Assembly: GCF_009914755.1 (NCBI RefSeq)
Contig: NC_060937.1
DNA: 64,000 nucleotides
Source: the human T2T-CHM13v2.0 reference genome, Homo sapiens
Direction: 5' to 3' (one strand)
Shown here in pieces: positions 27,100-41,580 of the stretch (positions within the stretch are counted from its first letter, which is position 1; every line of letters starts with the position of its first letter). The notes under the pieces were generated by a model. That model did not search any database and was not told the DNA's origin. It saw only the letters and a list, made by a program, of their open reading frames with translations. The position numbers were made by a program, and so were the translations under genes.

Positions 27100-27259
27100 G
27101 TCTAAATTGTTGCAACTCAAATTGTGGGCTGAGTCCAGTAACATTGAAATCAACAGGAAGGCTGTTAGAGATGGAGAATATCAGGCCCCACTTCAAATCT
27201 GCTGAATAAAAATCTGCATAGCATGATTCCTATGAATGTTAAAACTTGATAAACGCTGG
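27100..27259 (+). mobile_element. MER5-family MITE
   Basis: tgttagagatggagaatatcaggccccacttcaaatctgctgaat...aaacttgataaacgctg. Confidence 0.6.
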
Positions 27260-27471
27260 TTTAAAGGATTTGATGTCTAACGAAATTACCTATAGCTCCA
27301 TTGTATCTGATAAATATTCAAAGAGTAGTTTTAATTCAGTGTAAATATATATTCCAATGTCTATAAAGTAAGAAATATACAGCTGACCTTGAAACTCTGG
27401 GAATGTCTGTGTGGGTATATGTGTATGTGTGTGAGCGTGCATGAGTTCTTGAGTGATAGGGACAAGCCATA

Positions 27472-27937
<466 letters not shown>

Positions 27938-28529
27938 CCTTACAGAAATACCTTTGAATAATGTGGGACAGTCTTCTAGTTTTTCTAATGTTTTCTATTT
28001 TCCTATTTTTTGCTTTCCTCATTTAAAGTCAACCTTCTTATTAAGGTTATCAACAAGCAAATTTAGCTCAGTAAAGATTCCTTTAAAAGGAATTGCATAG
28101 AAGTCACACAAGCAGATATTCTATGGTGTAGTTTTAGTATAATATCTAATTACGGGAATAAACACAAAAATCTCAACAATAATCTCCACCAAATCACTGA
28201 ACTCTTGTGCAAGTGGAAAAGCCGAACACAGTGTAATCGCAGGCAAAGGATGCTAGCTGGCTAATTCACCATTAAGCACGATGCCAATAGGGGACTTAAA
28301 CCAGTGTTAAACAGACTGGGATTCAGTGGGCATGAGAAACATGAGTAGGTGATAAAGATCCTGGATAAAAAAGGAAGAAAATACCTATACCTAGTTTCTC
28401 ACAGATATTTACCCTATGCACCACCATATGCCTTCATCATGACTCCAAAGTTATATGGCAAATTTACTGTACTTTGTATTATATATTTGGATATTGTAGG
28501 GATTAAGAGCACATAAGCCTTAGAGAAAT

Positions 28530-28745
28530 CCCATTGGGATTTGAATCTTGGATCTGCTGCTTCCTGATTGTGTGAGTATTAATAAATTATTAAATTCTTA
28601 TTGTGTCTTTTTCCCAATTTGTAAAATGGGGATAGTAGAAATACTTATCTCATAGGGTTATTGAAAAATTAGATGAATTAATATGTGAAAAGTATGAGTT
28701 CCTAGGTCATAGTATATGTTCAATAAATATTAGGTATCACCATTA
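28530..28745 (+). mobile_element. MIR SINE
   Basis: ggatttgaatcttggatctgc...tttgtaaaatggggatagtagaaatacttatctcatagggttattgaaaaattagatga. Confidence 0.75.
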
Positions 28746-31371
28746 TTGCATATAAACACAGGTTTACACACACAAGGATATATGTATATACACGTATGTG
28801 CATATACATATACAATCACTTATAGACATATATACACAAGTATGTAATATGTGTTCACTTTCAGCATAATAATAATAATTAAAAGATTTATGCAAGGAAA
28901 TTACATTCAGAAGATAATAATAACTGAAGCATAAGGGAATACCAATAAGATAACTAGTTGCCCAATTAAGTTTTTCAGCCTTGTTAAAAGGCAAAAAATC
29001 AATAGAGATTTAATCAAATCTGAGAAACATTGGCTAAAATGCTTGAGAATAATGAAGAAGACTAATTGATAAACTACAGATTCTATTCTCTGCAGACTCT
29101 CTTGCCCAGCAAGTGTCAAGTTCAAAAATTTCGTACCCAGTCATAAAATCACCTAAGTGTTTTCTTAAATATACATGTTAAATTCAGATTTGCAGATCAG
29201 GATTCAAGGAAGAGCTAAATGCATATTACAGGGGCATGACATTTGATGTCACATAACCAGAAGGGAAGACAATAACTAAATTTCATATGATGATAGTGTT
29301 GGTGAGGCAGAGGCTGATTAAACTTCTGAAACCATTCCTGAGTCTACATTTAAAATTGGTTTGGCAACTGATCTGAGACAATGAGTGAGCAGTAATGGAA
29401 AGTTGAAAATGAGAAAGGCAAAGGAAATAAAGCATGTGTGTGGGTGATGAACCCAACGTTGAACTTAGCAAACAAAACAGCAAGCAAACAAAACCCAATT
29501 TAGGTGGTAGGAAGGTCGAGTCAATAAATAATGTTCGTTCTTTGAAAATCACAAAGGGTAGCAGTTGGTACAAAGTCTACCTCTATTCACCAATACCCTT
29601 CTCAGAGCACATATACATTGTTCCAAACTATTATGGAAAATAGATTAAAAATGCTAGTTATTTCTAGGTAGCTACCTAGATGCTTTCTTAAAACTTGAAT
29701 AGAGGTGTGGAGGCAGAAAATTATACAGTATTGAAGAAAGCACCATTTGACTTTTGAATCATGTAGGTGAGTAATAGATGAAAATGGTGGATGGAAAGCA
29801 GTGAGGAAGGCTCAGATCCTGGCCTTCCATGAATGGGCTGGTTCTCCAGTCTCTAATGAGCCACTGACATTTTCCACACAGAGGAGTGGCATGTTCAGAA
29901 TGGGTGTTTCACTTTTAATCAAAGTCTCCTGGAGAGACTCCTACTGAAGAATGAACACTGCTCTACTATCTCCCAGTAGGTCAAGAATTCAGAAAGGAAA
30001 AAAGAGACAGAATGGGAATGAATATTAGTTGTTCTTATGAAATAAAATGATATAAGCGCACTTTGCTTTTCCCTTCTCTATTCCTTTTAACATAATATCA
30101 AGACCTATAGTTTTAGAAAAAATTAAATTGTTCCAGACCTTAGAAAATAGGAAACTCATTTCATAGCTTCTTTCCAGAATCAAAAGTTGATATCACAGAA
30201 TGGAGTTGTTTCTCTACCCATCTAATTTATACATATAAATAATATATGTGAAGGGTTATATTTGTTTCAAATGTGTTAGGTCCTATAAGCAGAATTTTTA
30301 AACTGTAGCCTTAAGGTTGAGAATAAGATCACTTCCTTTTATGCTCTCTAATCTCTTTTCTGTCTCCCTGACAAAAGCTCTGCTGACTATCTTGGCTGAC
30401 AGATTTTCTGGGCTTAAAAAAGATAACAATAATAATACTCTGTTTTTTAATGATCTGTTAATTGAGGTTGGAATTAAATTAGTCTATAATATACAGAGAA
30501 AAAGTTATGTGTTTTGGAAACAGCAGAGGCAACACAGTCACCGACCTCTCAGGTTGTGCTATTTGCTCCAACTTGTATGGCAACAGAGCTGGCAACTGCA
30601 CAAAAACAACACATAAAAGAGCCAAAAAAGAGAAAAAGGGACAAAAAGAGTTATAGTTCCCTATAATTCTGTCAGTCTTTGATATCATTTTCACAAAGCA
30701 GACAGGAATAAAGAGTAAAGTATCTGTTGAATGGAAATTATTCTTTGGCGTAATTTTATTTTTTATTCTTTATTGGCTCATCTAATTGTCAATGATTCCT
30801 GCTGATCAAACATCTGGGATGTTCCTCCCCGGCTGCACCATCTCTCCAGCTCCTCTGCCATCTCTCTCATCTAGGTCTTTTATTTTTTACAAGGATTATT
30901 GAGTAATCAGCTTCCCTCTCTCATTCTTTTTTTAAACAGCCTAAGTTATGTTCCTAAAAATGAGGCATGTATCATTTCCTCTCCGTCATCATTGTCATTT
31001 CCAGCATTTCCACTTGCCACACGTGCAAGTGTTGCTTGTTCCCATCCTGGTCTCTGTGGCCCTTCATGCTAGCTTCCTGAGAAAATGCACATCCCAGTAA
31101 GTAAGGACAAATCATGAGGCAGGGTGAAGGATGACCTGAAAATAAGGAACAAACTACTGTACGTGAGCATATTAGTCACTGAAAACAGACCTATAACCAT
31201 CAATAGTTCAAAGAAACTCAACCTGCAACCCAAAGAATCTGCGTATGAATAAGGACTTCACTGATTATTTTCTGACCCAAGGTACTGCTATTATTGTGGA
31301 TATTGAAATGTTTTATACATAAACTATATCTCCATATGGTATTGAGATTTTGTTAAAATTTATTTGCTCAT

Positions 31372-31838
31372 TGTGTTAGTTCCTAAGGGCTGCCATAAAA
31401 AGTACCATAAATTAGGTGGCTTAAAACAACATATTTTTTTTTTCTCATAGTTCTGAAAATGTGAATTCTAAAACCAGAGTGTTGGCAGCGCCATGCTTTC
31501 TCTGAGACTCTGGGTAGAATCTTTCCTTGACTTTAGCAACCTTCTGGTAAGCGACTGTGAATTCAAGGCATTCCTTGGCCTGACAGCTGTGTCATTCCAA
31601 TCTCTGCCTCTGCCATCACGTGGCATTCTCCCTGTATGCCTCATTTCACATCATCTTCTCTCTTTTTATAAGATAACCAGTCATATTGGAGTAAGAGTCT
31701 GTCCCACTCCAGAATGACCTCATCTTCAGTAATTTCTTGTGCAATGATCTGTTTCCAAATAAAGTCACGTTCTGAGGCAGGCACTTGGGGTTTGGACATT
31801 AGCATGTCTTTTTGCCAGATACAATTTAAACCATAACA
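31372..31838 (-). mobile_element. MLT1 (MLT1C-like) MaLR solo LTR
   Basis: tgtgttagttcctaagggctgccataaaaagtaccataaattaggtggcttaaaacaac...acaatttaaaccataaca; near-TSD ctcat/tccat. Confidence 0.85.
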
Positions 31839-32954
31839 TCCATAGTTACTCATTTTCTAGTAGTTGTCTAGTATATAGTTTTTGACTCTATAGTTTACAT
31901 AAAAATTGATATTTCAAATATTCCAAATATATTTCAAGATCATAAATAATTTTAAAAACCAGATAACTTTGTTTATAACACTGTTTTATTAAATATGATT
32001 GTTAGCCTAAATTAATGTTCTGGAAAAATTGAAGAAATATCACAGTGGTGAATTGTGGCATTAGATCCCTGTCTTCCAACTATACAGTTTTCCTCTACCT
32101 CTTATATCATATTTTAAAATTTTCTTATTTTGTCACAAGGATTGATAATAAATGGCAATAAATAAAAGAAACAAGGAAGAGAAAAATATCAATAACCTTA
32201 TGAAATGAGGGGACCCTACACATAGGCAGTCAGCTATATACATAATGCGATTTTCGAAGGTCTGAAAAAGGTCATATATATAAAACCATCTCCCATATCA
32301 GTCTTCTGTTACAATTAAATCTTCCTAAGAGCTTTCTGAAGACTTGCATATTTTAGCTGGAATAAAACATTACATTGCTTAGACAAAAGAGGAATTAAGC
32401 AACTAGTACATAGTTGTCATCTAGTGAAGATAGGGCTTTTTATGCAATGGGATGAAAAAAAATTGAAGGTTGGAAAAAAGAAGGGTCATAAAGCTTTAAT
32501 GTAGTCCAGCACTGTACCCTTAGTAAAGAATTCCAGGGATGCAGGAGAAAATACATGTATAAGGATTATCTGAGAGAAAGCATCTGAAAGGTGGTAGTTG
32601 TATGTGCTAGGACTCTCCAATATAAGAAAAAGTTTGACTAGTATAGTTGCGCTTGGTTTCATCACGTTCCTAAGGTTGAATTATCCACATAGCTCCTCTT
32701 TAGGAAAATTGCCACTTGAAAGCCACACAGGTACATAAAATTCAATAAGTTCACAATTTAATTAACATTTTGGACCATAACACTGTTTACCCATCTATGT
32801 TTATTGTGTTGATAAGTGGTACAACGTCTACCTAGATGCAACATGAACTCTTCTCTATCCATTCATAGCATAATTTAAGATTTAGAGAGTTCCTACCACC
32901 AAAAAAAACCAGTGTTTTGTAACTCACCTTCTCCCTGACCAAGTATAATTAACC

Positions 32955-33880
32955 AAATATAATAATGAGGAAACAAAAAACTCAAATAAAAAATGGGGAC
33001 TAAAATTTGAAGAGACAGCATCAAAAGATATATAGATGGCAAATAAACACATGAAAAGATGCCCAACATCTGTTGCACATTAGGGAAATGCAAATCAAAG
33101 TCACAATGAAGTATCACTGCATACCTATTAGAATGACTAAAATTAAAAAAAATATCTAATTAAAACATATGTTGATACATGTTTGCAGACACTTAAACTT
33201 TCATACATTGAACAACAAAATATAAATAGCTTTTTAAAAAGAGTTTGCAGTTTGGTTTGGTTTGTTTTTAAATTAAATATACATCTACCAATGATACATC
33301 CATTCTTACTCTAGGCATTTATCCAAAATAAAATAGAAAATAAAAAAGAAAATAGAAAATAAAAATTTATATACATAAAAACACTTGACTACAAATATCA
33401 TAGTAGCTTTTTTGTAATAGCCTCAAACTGGAACAAGCCAAATGTCCACCAACCCAGGACTGGATAAGCAAAATATGGTATATTCATATAATGGAAGATT
33501 AGTCAGCAATGAAAAGGAATGAACTGTTGTATTGATATACACACATGGTTGAATATTTTTTAAATTATGCAGAATGAAAGAAGCCAAAGGAAAAAAAGAA
33601 CACATACTGTATAATCCCATTTATATAAACTCTAGAAAATAAAAACTAATCTAGTGACAGGCAGCAGATCAACAGTTGCCTACGGGGGAATGGGGAGGGT
33701 GCAAGGAAGAATTATAAAAGAGCAGAAGGTAACCTGTGATGGTGATGGATGTGTTCTCTATCTTAATTTGTTTATGTTTTCACAGGTGTATACATTTTAC
33801 AAAAACTTACCAAAGTACTCACTTTAAATATGGGCAGTTAATTGTATGTCAATTTTCCTTCAATAAAGTTGCTATAAAAT
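32955..33880 (+). mobile_element. Old L1M (L1MD/ME-like) 3' end
   Basis: gatggcaaataaacacatgaaaagatgcccaacatc...ttgtatgtcaattttccttcaataaagttg. Confidence 0.8.
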
Positions 33881-33886
33881 AAGTCT

Positions 33887-34120
33887 GGCTGAGCATGGTG
33901 GCTCATGCCTGTAATCCCAGCACTTTGGGAAGCCAAGGCAGGCAGATCACTTAAGGTCAGGAGTTTGAGACCAGCCTGGCCAATATGGTGAGACCCCATC
34001 TCTACTAAAAATACAAAAAGTAGCCAGAAATTGCTTGAACCCAGGAGGCAGAGGTTGCAGTGAGGTGAGATCGTGCCACTGCCCTCCAGCCTGGGCAACA
34101 GAGCAAGACTCTGTCTCTAA

Positions 34121-34150
<30 letters not shown>
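33887..34150 (+). mobile_element. AluS SINE with ~50-bp internal deletion and (TAAA)n tail
   Basis: Right-arm start missing (tagccag joined directly to aaattgcttgaacc); TSD ATAAAA(T/C)AAGTCT. Confidence 0.9.
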
Positions 34151-34151
<1 letters not shown>

Positions 34152-34344
34152 ACAAGTCTGTTCCTATTTTGCTGGTATGAAAAGCACATTGAGGATTATC
34201 AACCTCCAATTTGTTGCCAATATTATCAAGTCAGCCTCTTTACTTTCTCTTGTGTTCATCTCCTTATTTTGTCTCAATATTCCCCCTTAATTATCATGGC
34301 ATATCATCATAATAAAACATCAGATGCATGGGAATTTAAATGAG

Positions 34345-35070
34345 TACATTCATTATGGAAAATAGTATGGAGGGTCTTAAAAAAGTAAAAATAGAACTAC
34401 CATATGGTCCAGCAATCCCACTACTAGGCATATATCTATAAGAAGTGAAATCATTATGTCCAAGAGATATCTGCACTTCTGTGTTTTTTGCAGCAGTATT
34501 CACAATAATCAAGATATGGAATCAACCTAACTGTCTATCAATGTATCAAAGGATAAAGAAGCTGTGGTATAGATATACACTAGAATATTATTAAGCTTTA
34601 TGAAAAGATGGAATTTCTGTCATTGGAGACAACATGGATGAAACGGAAGGGCATTATGTTAAGTGAAATAAGCCAGACATAGCAATGCAATTACAGCATG
34701 ATCTCACTGATATGTGGAATCTTAAAAGTTTGAATTCACAGATGCAGAGAGTAGAATGATGATTACCAGGGGCCGGATGGTGGGGGTGGAGTTGAGGAAG
34801 ATGTTGGTCAAAGGGCGCATCATTTCAGTTAGATAAGTTTAAGACATTTTTTGTATAATGTGGTGACTATAGCTAATAACAATGTATTATATTCTTGAAG
34901 ATCATTGAGAGTATATTTTAAGTGTTATCACCACAAAAAAAGATAAGGAAATGAGGTAACGCATATGTTAATTAGCTCAATTTAGCCATTGCATAATGTA
35001 TGCACATTTCAAAATATTATATTGTAATCAATAAATATATGCAGTTTTTATTTAATTAATAAAAGAAATG
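34345..35070 (+). mobile_element. L1MA 3' end
   Basis: aaaatagaactaccatatggtccagcaatcccactact...gcatatgttaattagctcaatttagccatt, an L1MA-type 3'UTR. Confidence 0.85.
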
Positions 35071-35099
35071 AACCTCTTTTACAAAAAGAAAATCGTATG

Positions 35100-35680
35100 C
35101 ATGACTCTAGGCCTAACTCAAATCAGTCTTTGAGTTCCTCTCCTTCTAACCCATGGACCATTCTGCTGAGATGGTAGGCCTTCCAGCATGCATATTTACC
35201 TGCATCTTTCTCATTTAAAACTCTGAACTATTTCATAGTCCTCAGGAAAGAGCCCCAGATAGCTCCTGTACGACACTTTCTCTGCCTTCCCTTAGCCCTG
35301 CACGGTTACACTTCAGGCATACAAACCACTCAAAGTGCTTTAACCATGCCTGGGCCTTCCTCACCGTTACAGGTTTGTGTATAGTATACTGATACATTTG
35401 CCTGGAATTAACCATCTCCTGATTTTTCATGATGAGTTCCTATTGGTCTTTCAACTCCGCTTCAGATTCCCCTCATTACTTCCAGAGTTAATTGTTCTAA
35501 GTACTGTTTTTGTACCTTAAACATACATTTACAATTGCACCTATCCCCTATATCTCCAGCATTATAATTAGGAATTATAATGAGATATTTGAAGAAGGTC
35601 TGTCACTTTTCATCACTTAATCCCTAGCACTAGTGCCTGGCACTGAGATGTCAATGGCTATTTACTCAATTGGATTAACC
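35100..35680 (+). mobile_element. L2 fragments
   Basis: Degenerate L2 3' motifs (atccctagcactagtgcctggcactgagatgtcaatggctattt). Confidence 0.5.
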
Positions 35681-35959
35681 GCTGAACATAGCAGAAGGCT
35701 TATGGGTTTATTTAGTCAGGCATTAACTGCTCATGTAAGTTCCACAGAAAACCCTGGTTGAAGTCAGTAACCTCAACAACAAGGACGCTTTATATTCTTG
35801 TGCCTATTTCTAGAAGTTACACATATAATTAGCTTCCTCTGCCTCTTCTTAACATAATGTGAAATAGTCTAGGCAGCTTCCCAGGAGATCACTGGGTTGC
35901 TTGAGGGTAGGGTAAGAAGGCTGCCTCAGTCCAGGTTAGAAGTCAGTGCTTAGAAGCTA

Positions 35960-36243
35960 TTCTTTTTTATTATTATACTTTTAAGTTTTAGGGTACATGT
36001 GCACAATGTGCAGGTTTGTTACATATGTATACATGTGCCATGTTGGTGTGCTGCACCCATTAACTCATCATTTAGCATTAGGTATATCTCCTAATGCTAC
36101 CCCTCCCCCCTACCTCCACCCCACAACAGGCCCCGGTGTGCGATGTTCCCCTTCCTGTGTCCATGTGTTCTCATTGTTCAATTCCCACCTATGAGTGAGA
36201 ACATGCGGTGTTTGGTTTGTTTGTTCTTGCGATAGTTTGCTGA
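35960..36243 (-). mobile_element. 5'-truncated L1PA 3' end (L1PA3/4-like), no visible TSD
   Basis: ttattatacttttaagttttagggtacatgtgcacaatgtgcaggtttgttacatatg...cttgcgatagtttgctga. Confidence 0.93.
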
Positions 36244-38132
36244 AATCAAGTTTTTCTTGGAAAGTACATCTTTACAAGGAGCAGAAAGTCAGAATATTTT
36301 AAATAGTCATCAAGGAAATACATTTCAGAGTAACGTGTTTTTATTCTACAGGAACTGATGAAAGAAGGGCAAGACCCAGAAGTGGCAAATCTGGTATTCA
36401 ATATTCTTCAATTCTCTTGATACTATTTAAAATATAATAATGATATTTTTCCTCACCTTGCTTTTCTTGTGTAAACAGACATATGCATGTCTAATGAAAA
36501 AATGAAGTTTCTAAAAAAAGGACAAGCCAATATTAAAGAATCTGTGTCCTTGAATAATTCTATTAATGATGTCTAAACATTGGGAAGAAATATCAACATT
36601 CGACTTGTGCAGGAAAATATTGATGTTAAAAATACACATATAAGAACTATCATTTTTATAATCCTTAGTCTCTATCGAGTATTATTCACTACTCATATAA
36701 AATTTGAAACATTGCAAAAGTAGATTCAAAGTTTTATTCTCTTGTGCTGTCATGAACATATACCATAGAACATATATGAATAGACTAAAGCAACTTGTAT
36801 GTTTTGAGTAGGAAACTTCAATATTCAGTATCACTCTGTTCCAAGATGTAAATATACCCTCAAACTCCATTTCACTAAGTTATAAACTTCTGTAATACAA
36901 TCTGTTTGTAATTTAGGGACTGTCTCTAAAAGGCTTTCAATAATTATCTTTAAATGTCACAGTCACAAGACATGAACAGAGTGTTTAGTAGTTAGTTACG
37001 TATATACAATCTGATTACAAAGTCCAAGGCAAATTCTAAAAATAAGCCTCTTATATAGAAAAAGTTCAGTTTTACAGTTTCCTATGTCAGTACTAATATC
37101 CATTCCAACTCCTTCCTACCACCACCATAACTACCGCAATATGATTCAGGCAGTCCTATAGACAGTAATCCAGTGACTCTTAATCCTCTTGCAATTCTGG
37201 GATACCCAAAATTTCATATCTACTTTCTTTGCAGTGGAACCAAGACTATGCTTCTAGAACTCCTTATATTAGCTAGGAATGGTGTGATTAGGAGATGAAA
37301 GAATTCGTACAAAATTACAGCTAACTGATTCATCTTACTCTTTCATTTTCACTTAAGAAATGATAAAAGACAGTGAAAGCCAGAGATGTAGGTCCCAAAA
37401 CTGAAGGAACTGTGCCTTTTCACTTTGGACATCTTCTTGGACCTCTTTGATCTGAGTCTCCTGACCTTTACTGACTGGGGGAGGAGGAAAAGTTAACAGT
37501 CCTCATGTCTTCCAGCTTCAACGCCAGCACTCTTTCTCTCCTAAAATAGAGATTGTATTTCTTGGTTCAAACAGAAAATAGGCCTCCATACTTGATAGTA
37601 AATAGAATTAAAATCTTAGCAATAATAAACATAATCCTAATTAAACAAAGTGCCTCTTTTCTTTTTGTAGCTAGATTTTCTGTGGAAATAAGTAAAAGCT
37701 ATAAGGAGATTTAAAAATGCTCAAGAATTTCTTGCTAAGCTCTTCTCTAGTGCTGGAAAGTCCATTTGATAGCAAGCAGAACCTATCTGCTTCATTTCAT
37801 CTAGACATATTATTTCCAAATGTGAGTAACTATTTAACCACCTCCAAACTTTACAATGCAATTTTTGGTGCATCATACATATGCTAAATGTAGTCAAAAT
37901 ATTTACTTATATTTCTGTCAGGATAAATTTACTTTACCCAAAACATTGTTGAAAGTTGAAGACAATGTGAACATTTTTTCCTTCCCTAATTTCAGGAAGA
38001 CAATGATATATATTCTTGGACATTTCTGTAGGCACCTAGTTCCCTGATCGCAAAGGAATTCAAAAGTCACAATAGGGAATGTTTTCATATCTACCCTTAG
38101 AATTTAAGAACAGTGGGCAATGGTCTAAAATT

Positions 38133-38232
38133 ATGTATATATATACACACACACATACACACACATATTCTTAAATTATATATATAGTTTATATATACAT
38201 ATATAACTATATATGTATATATATAATTTAAG
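38133..38232. repeat. (TA)/(CA)-rich repeat with perfect inverted arms
   Basis: AT-rich microsatellite; the palindromes are described under findings. Confidence 0.9.
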
Positions 38233-41200
38233 TTAAAAATCTTAATTTCTAGTAAGTCATGTATTCCACTAGTTGAAAGTAAAAAGTAAAAGTTCCAGAA
38301 AGTGTCAGATACTTCCTTTTTCCTTCTCCGTATACATAAACAACATCTAACTAATCTCTACCTTCTCGGCAGGTTGAAGATGGGTTTCTCATTTAGAAAG
38401 GACTAGAGGATCATTTATGACATACTTGCCTGAGATTTACATACTCTCTTTATTTTATTTTTACCACAATAATCTTCTGTCATATCTGTACAATTTATAG
38501 GTCTTCCCAGAGAAGGAAATATCCACCTCTAACTGAAGCTAAGTAGAAGACAAAGTTTTCCACCCTAGGAGAGTGTGGAGGCAGAAAAACACTGGGGATG
38601 AACTTGAGGAGTCACATTTAAGGCAGTTCTTCACTATATCACTGCAGTATCAGCCTTAAAAATAGTCTGGTATTTAGACTGAGAATATGTTTTGAGTTGA
38701 GGAATGGGAACTCATTATCTAAGAGGTAATGATAACTTCTGGTACTAAATGTTGTCAGCATTCAGATTTCTGTTCAATACCTGGATTTTAAGAAAATCCA
38801 AAACATCATGAGGAAGTGTAATTCACATTGGAAGGATATTAACCAAGCATAAAATATTTTGCTGTAATAGTGAAGAGTACAGAATTAATATTTAACAATA
38901 ACAGTACTGATAATCAACAATAATTGTAGAATGACTAATTTAATGGGAAGGGCACAATTTTATATTTGAAACAAATAGGGAATGATAAATCACATCCTCT
39001 TTCATTACTCACCTTTCCTCCTTCATGCACACATTCAAAACTCCAGTAGTCCCTTTTCCCCAACACTTTCTCTTCCTTATTTAACCAGTCCAATCACCAC
39101 TCTACTTTATTCTCTGTCCAGTGGCTCTCATTCTGAAAAAGCCTTCCTGAAACACCCTTCACAGTGATGGGTTTTCTTTATATGTGCATGTATCATGGGA
39201 TCAACTATAATATAAAACATTATAGCTATTTACATATTTATCTCTGCAAACTCGCATACCAATTTGATATTATTTATCTCTGCATCTAAAATTCCATTCA
39301 GAATTTCTGGTACAAGGAATATTTTTGAAAATTTTTTTAGAATAAATGAATAAACATATGAATAGTAACAGCAGAGAAACAAATTTTACCTACTGTTATC
39401 AAAATTGTGCCTGTGTTATTTTATGGCTTTAAGATTGCTGCATATCATGGAAGGAGAGGCTGTGCCTATACATAGGACAGATGACAAAAGAAAGACAAAT
39501 AAGCAATAAGATATTCTTTGTCAAAGAAGTCAAAGATATACAGCACATTATAGTACTGGCTTAAATAGTCTATCTGAAGCATTAGGAAGAATATTATTTT
39601 CTCAGCAAATAAACATGATCATGAAATATAGAAAAAGAACTGTTTGCTTTAATTCTGCTGCAAATTAATTACTAATTTCTAACCCTTAATGGATTGTCAG
39701 ACTTCTACTCTCTTGGTTTAGGTAAACATTAAGAGATTAATCAATGATCCCCGGCTTAAGCATAAGACTTGAAGTATAAACAAAATAAATGTTGGCTGTG
39801 GCTCTGTTTTAATACACAGAGTTTGAAGGATAAAGTAAATAGAGGAATGCACAAAACTTTGTTTATTTATTTATTTTTGGTTGCTACTCCTTCCTTTTAA
39901 AAAGAGTTGTTTATTTAAATTTTTCAGATTTTAAGAGGGTGTTATTACCTACACCACACAGAAAAAGTACTTCATGAGATTATCTCATTCCTATTTTTCA
40001 GCTATGGTTGAATGCATTTTGTAAGTTTGGTATGGAAATTATTGGTTTTCACATCAAAGAGAAAGACACAGCTTAGGAATATTAATATAAAGTAACACAT
40101 GACTGTTTCCTGGCAAAATACATTACTAAATACATACTTTCTACTTCCAAACACATTATTTGTCCCTTATTCTGTTCAAAAAAATGTTAGCTGATGATCT
40201 TCTTTATGGGTCTTGAATCTGTCTTGTCTCTAAGGTATAAAATCTGTATGACTAGAGATATCTGGCCATGGATTTTATCAGTTACAGATTTTCAATTAGG
40301 AAAGGGAAAAAAGTGAATGAAAGCAATTATTTTTTGAATGGAAAGATAGACTATTGCTTTTATATGAAGGTAATTGAGAAATAAGCTTCTGGGGCCTATA
40401 TGATGCTGTATAATTTGTAATTAGTTATTCTCTCTTATACCAGGCAAAGGCTGATTTTGTACTTTAAAATGAAACTTCATTAAAAAATCTTCTTCACAAA
40501 GTAACCACAAAACAAAGTCTACTGTTGTGAATATATTAATTCTTAAGTCAATGATCTAAAAGGTCACGCAGAATGTGTTTAGATAAAATAGTACTACATA
40601 CCTTTTGCTTAAAATATTTGTGTTTTTATACTAGAGGTCTATTATTGCTGCCCATTTTGAAGCTTCCTTTTGTTTGCATTGTACAAATTCACAAATAACT
40701 TTTTGGAACAGAGTTTAAAGATAATATATTCCATGAATTATTTTAACATCATATTAAATAGATGATCATAGAAATGGTTATTTCAAACAGAACTTCTCTG
40801 CAACATTTTCTAAGGGTTTATGGTATAAGCAATGATAGTACTTTGAAAATTGTTAAGTATGATACAAATATTGTGACAATTAGATCTTAACTGTATTCAA
40901 TGTGAAGTAATTTATTAATTAATAATGGAATAAACAAATCCATGATTCCAGTTTAAAGATTCCTGAATTCTGTTACATTTAAAGTTTTATTCCCTGTGCT
41001 CCCAGAATAAATGAATCACCAAAATGTGAATAAATTTGAAGTTCACTTTAATTATTTTCACTACCATTCAAGATATAAGTCTCTGTAAGATATAGCAAAG
41101 ATATCTAAGAAAAAAATACGGTAATCTGTAAAGAGATTTAAAGTGAATATCTTTCTATATTTCTTTACATAATTTTTTATTTTAATACTTGGCTTGTTTG

Positions 41201-41242
41201 CCTTGACCAGTAAACCATAGACATTTAATGTATAAGTCTGGT

Positions 41243-41580
41243 ACAGTGCTGTCCTCCAAAATAAAACGTGAGCCATATTTGCAATTTAAAATGTTCTAAT
41301 AGACATATTTCAGAAAAGAAAGTAGTAATAGGTAAAATTAATTTTAATAATTAATTTTAATAATGGCATTTAACATATCTAAAATTATTTCATAGTAGGA
41401 TATAAGCAATATAAACATTTATTAATGAGATATTTTGCATTCTTTTCCTTTCTTTTTTGTACCAAGCCTTTGAAATCTCGTGTGCATTTTACGCTTTCAG
41501 CATATTTCCATTTTGACAAACTATATTTTGAGTGCTTAAATGCCTCATGTGGCTAGTGGCTACGATATTGGAAAAGGCAG
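41243..41580. mobile_element. MER33 (hAT-Charlie)
   Basis: cagtgctgtcc...gtgagccatatttgcaatttaaaatgttctaatag...atgtggctagtggctacgatattgga...gcag. Confidence 0.8.
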
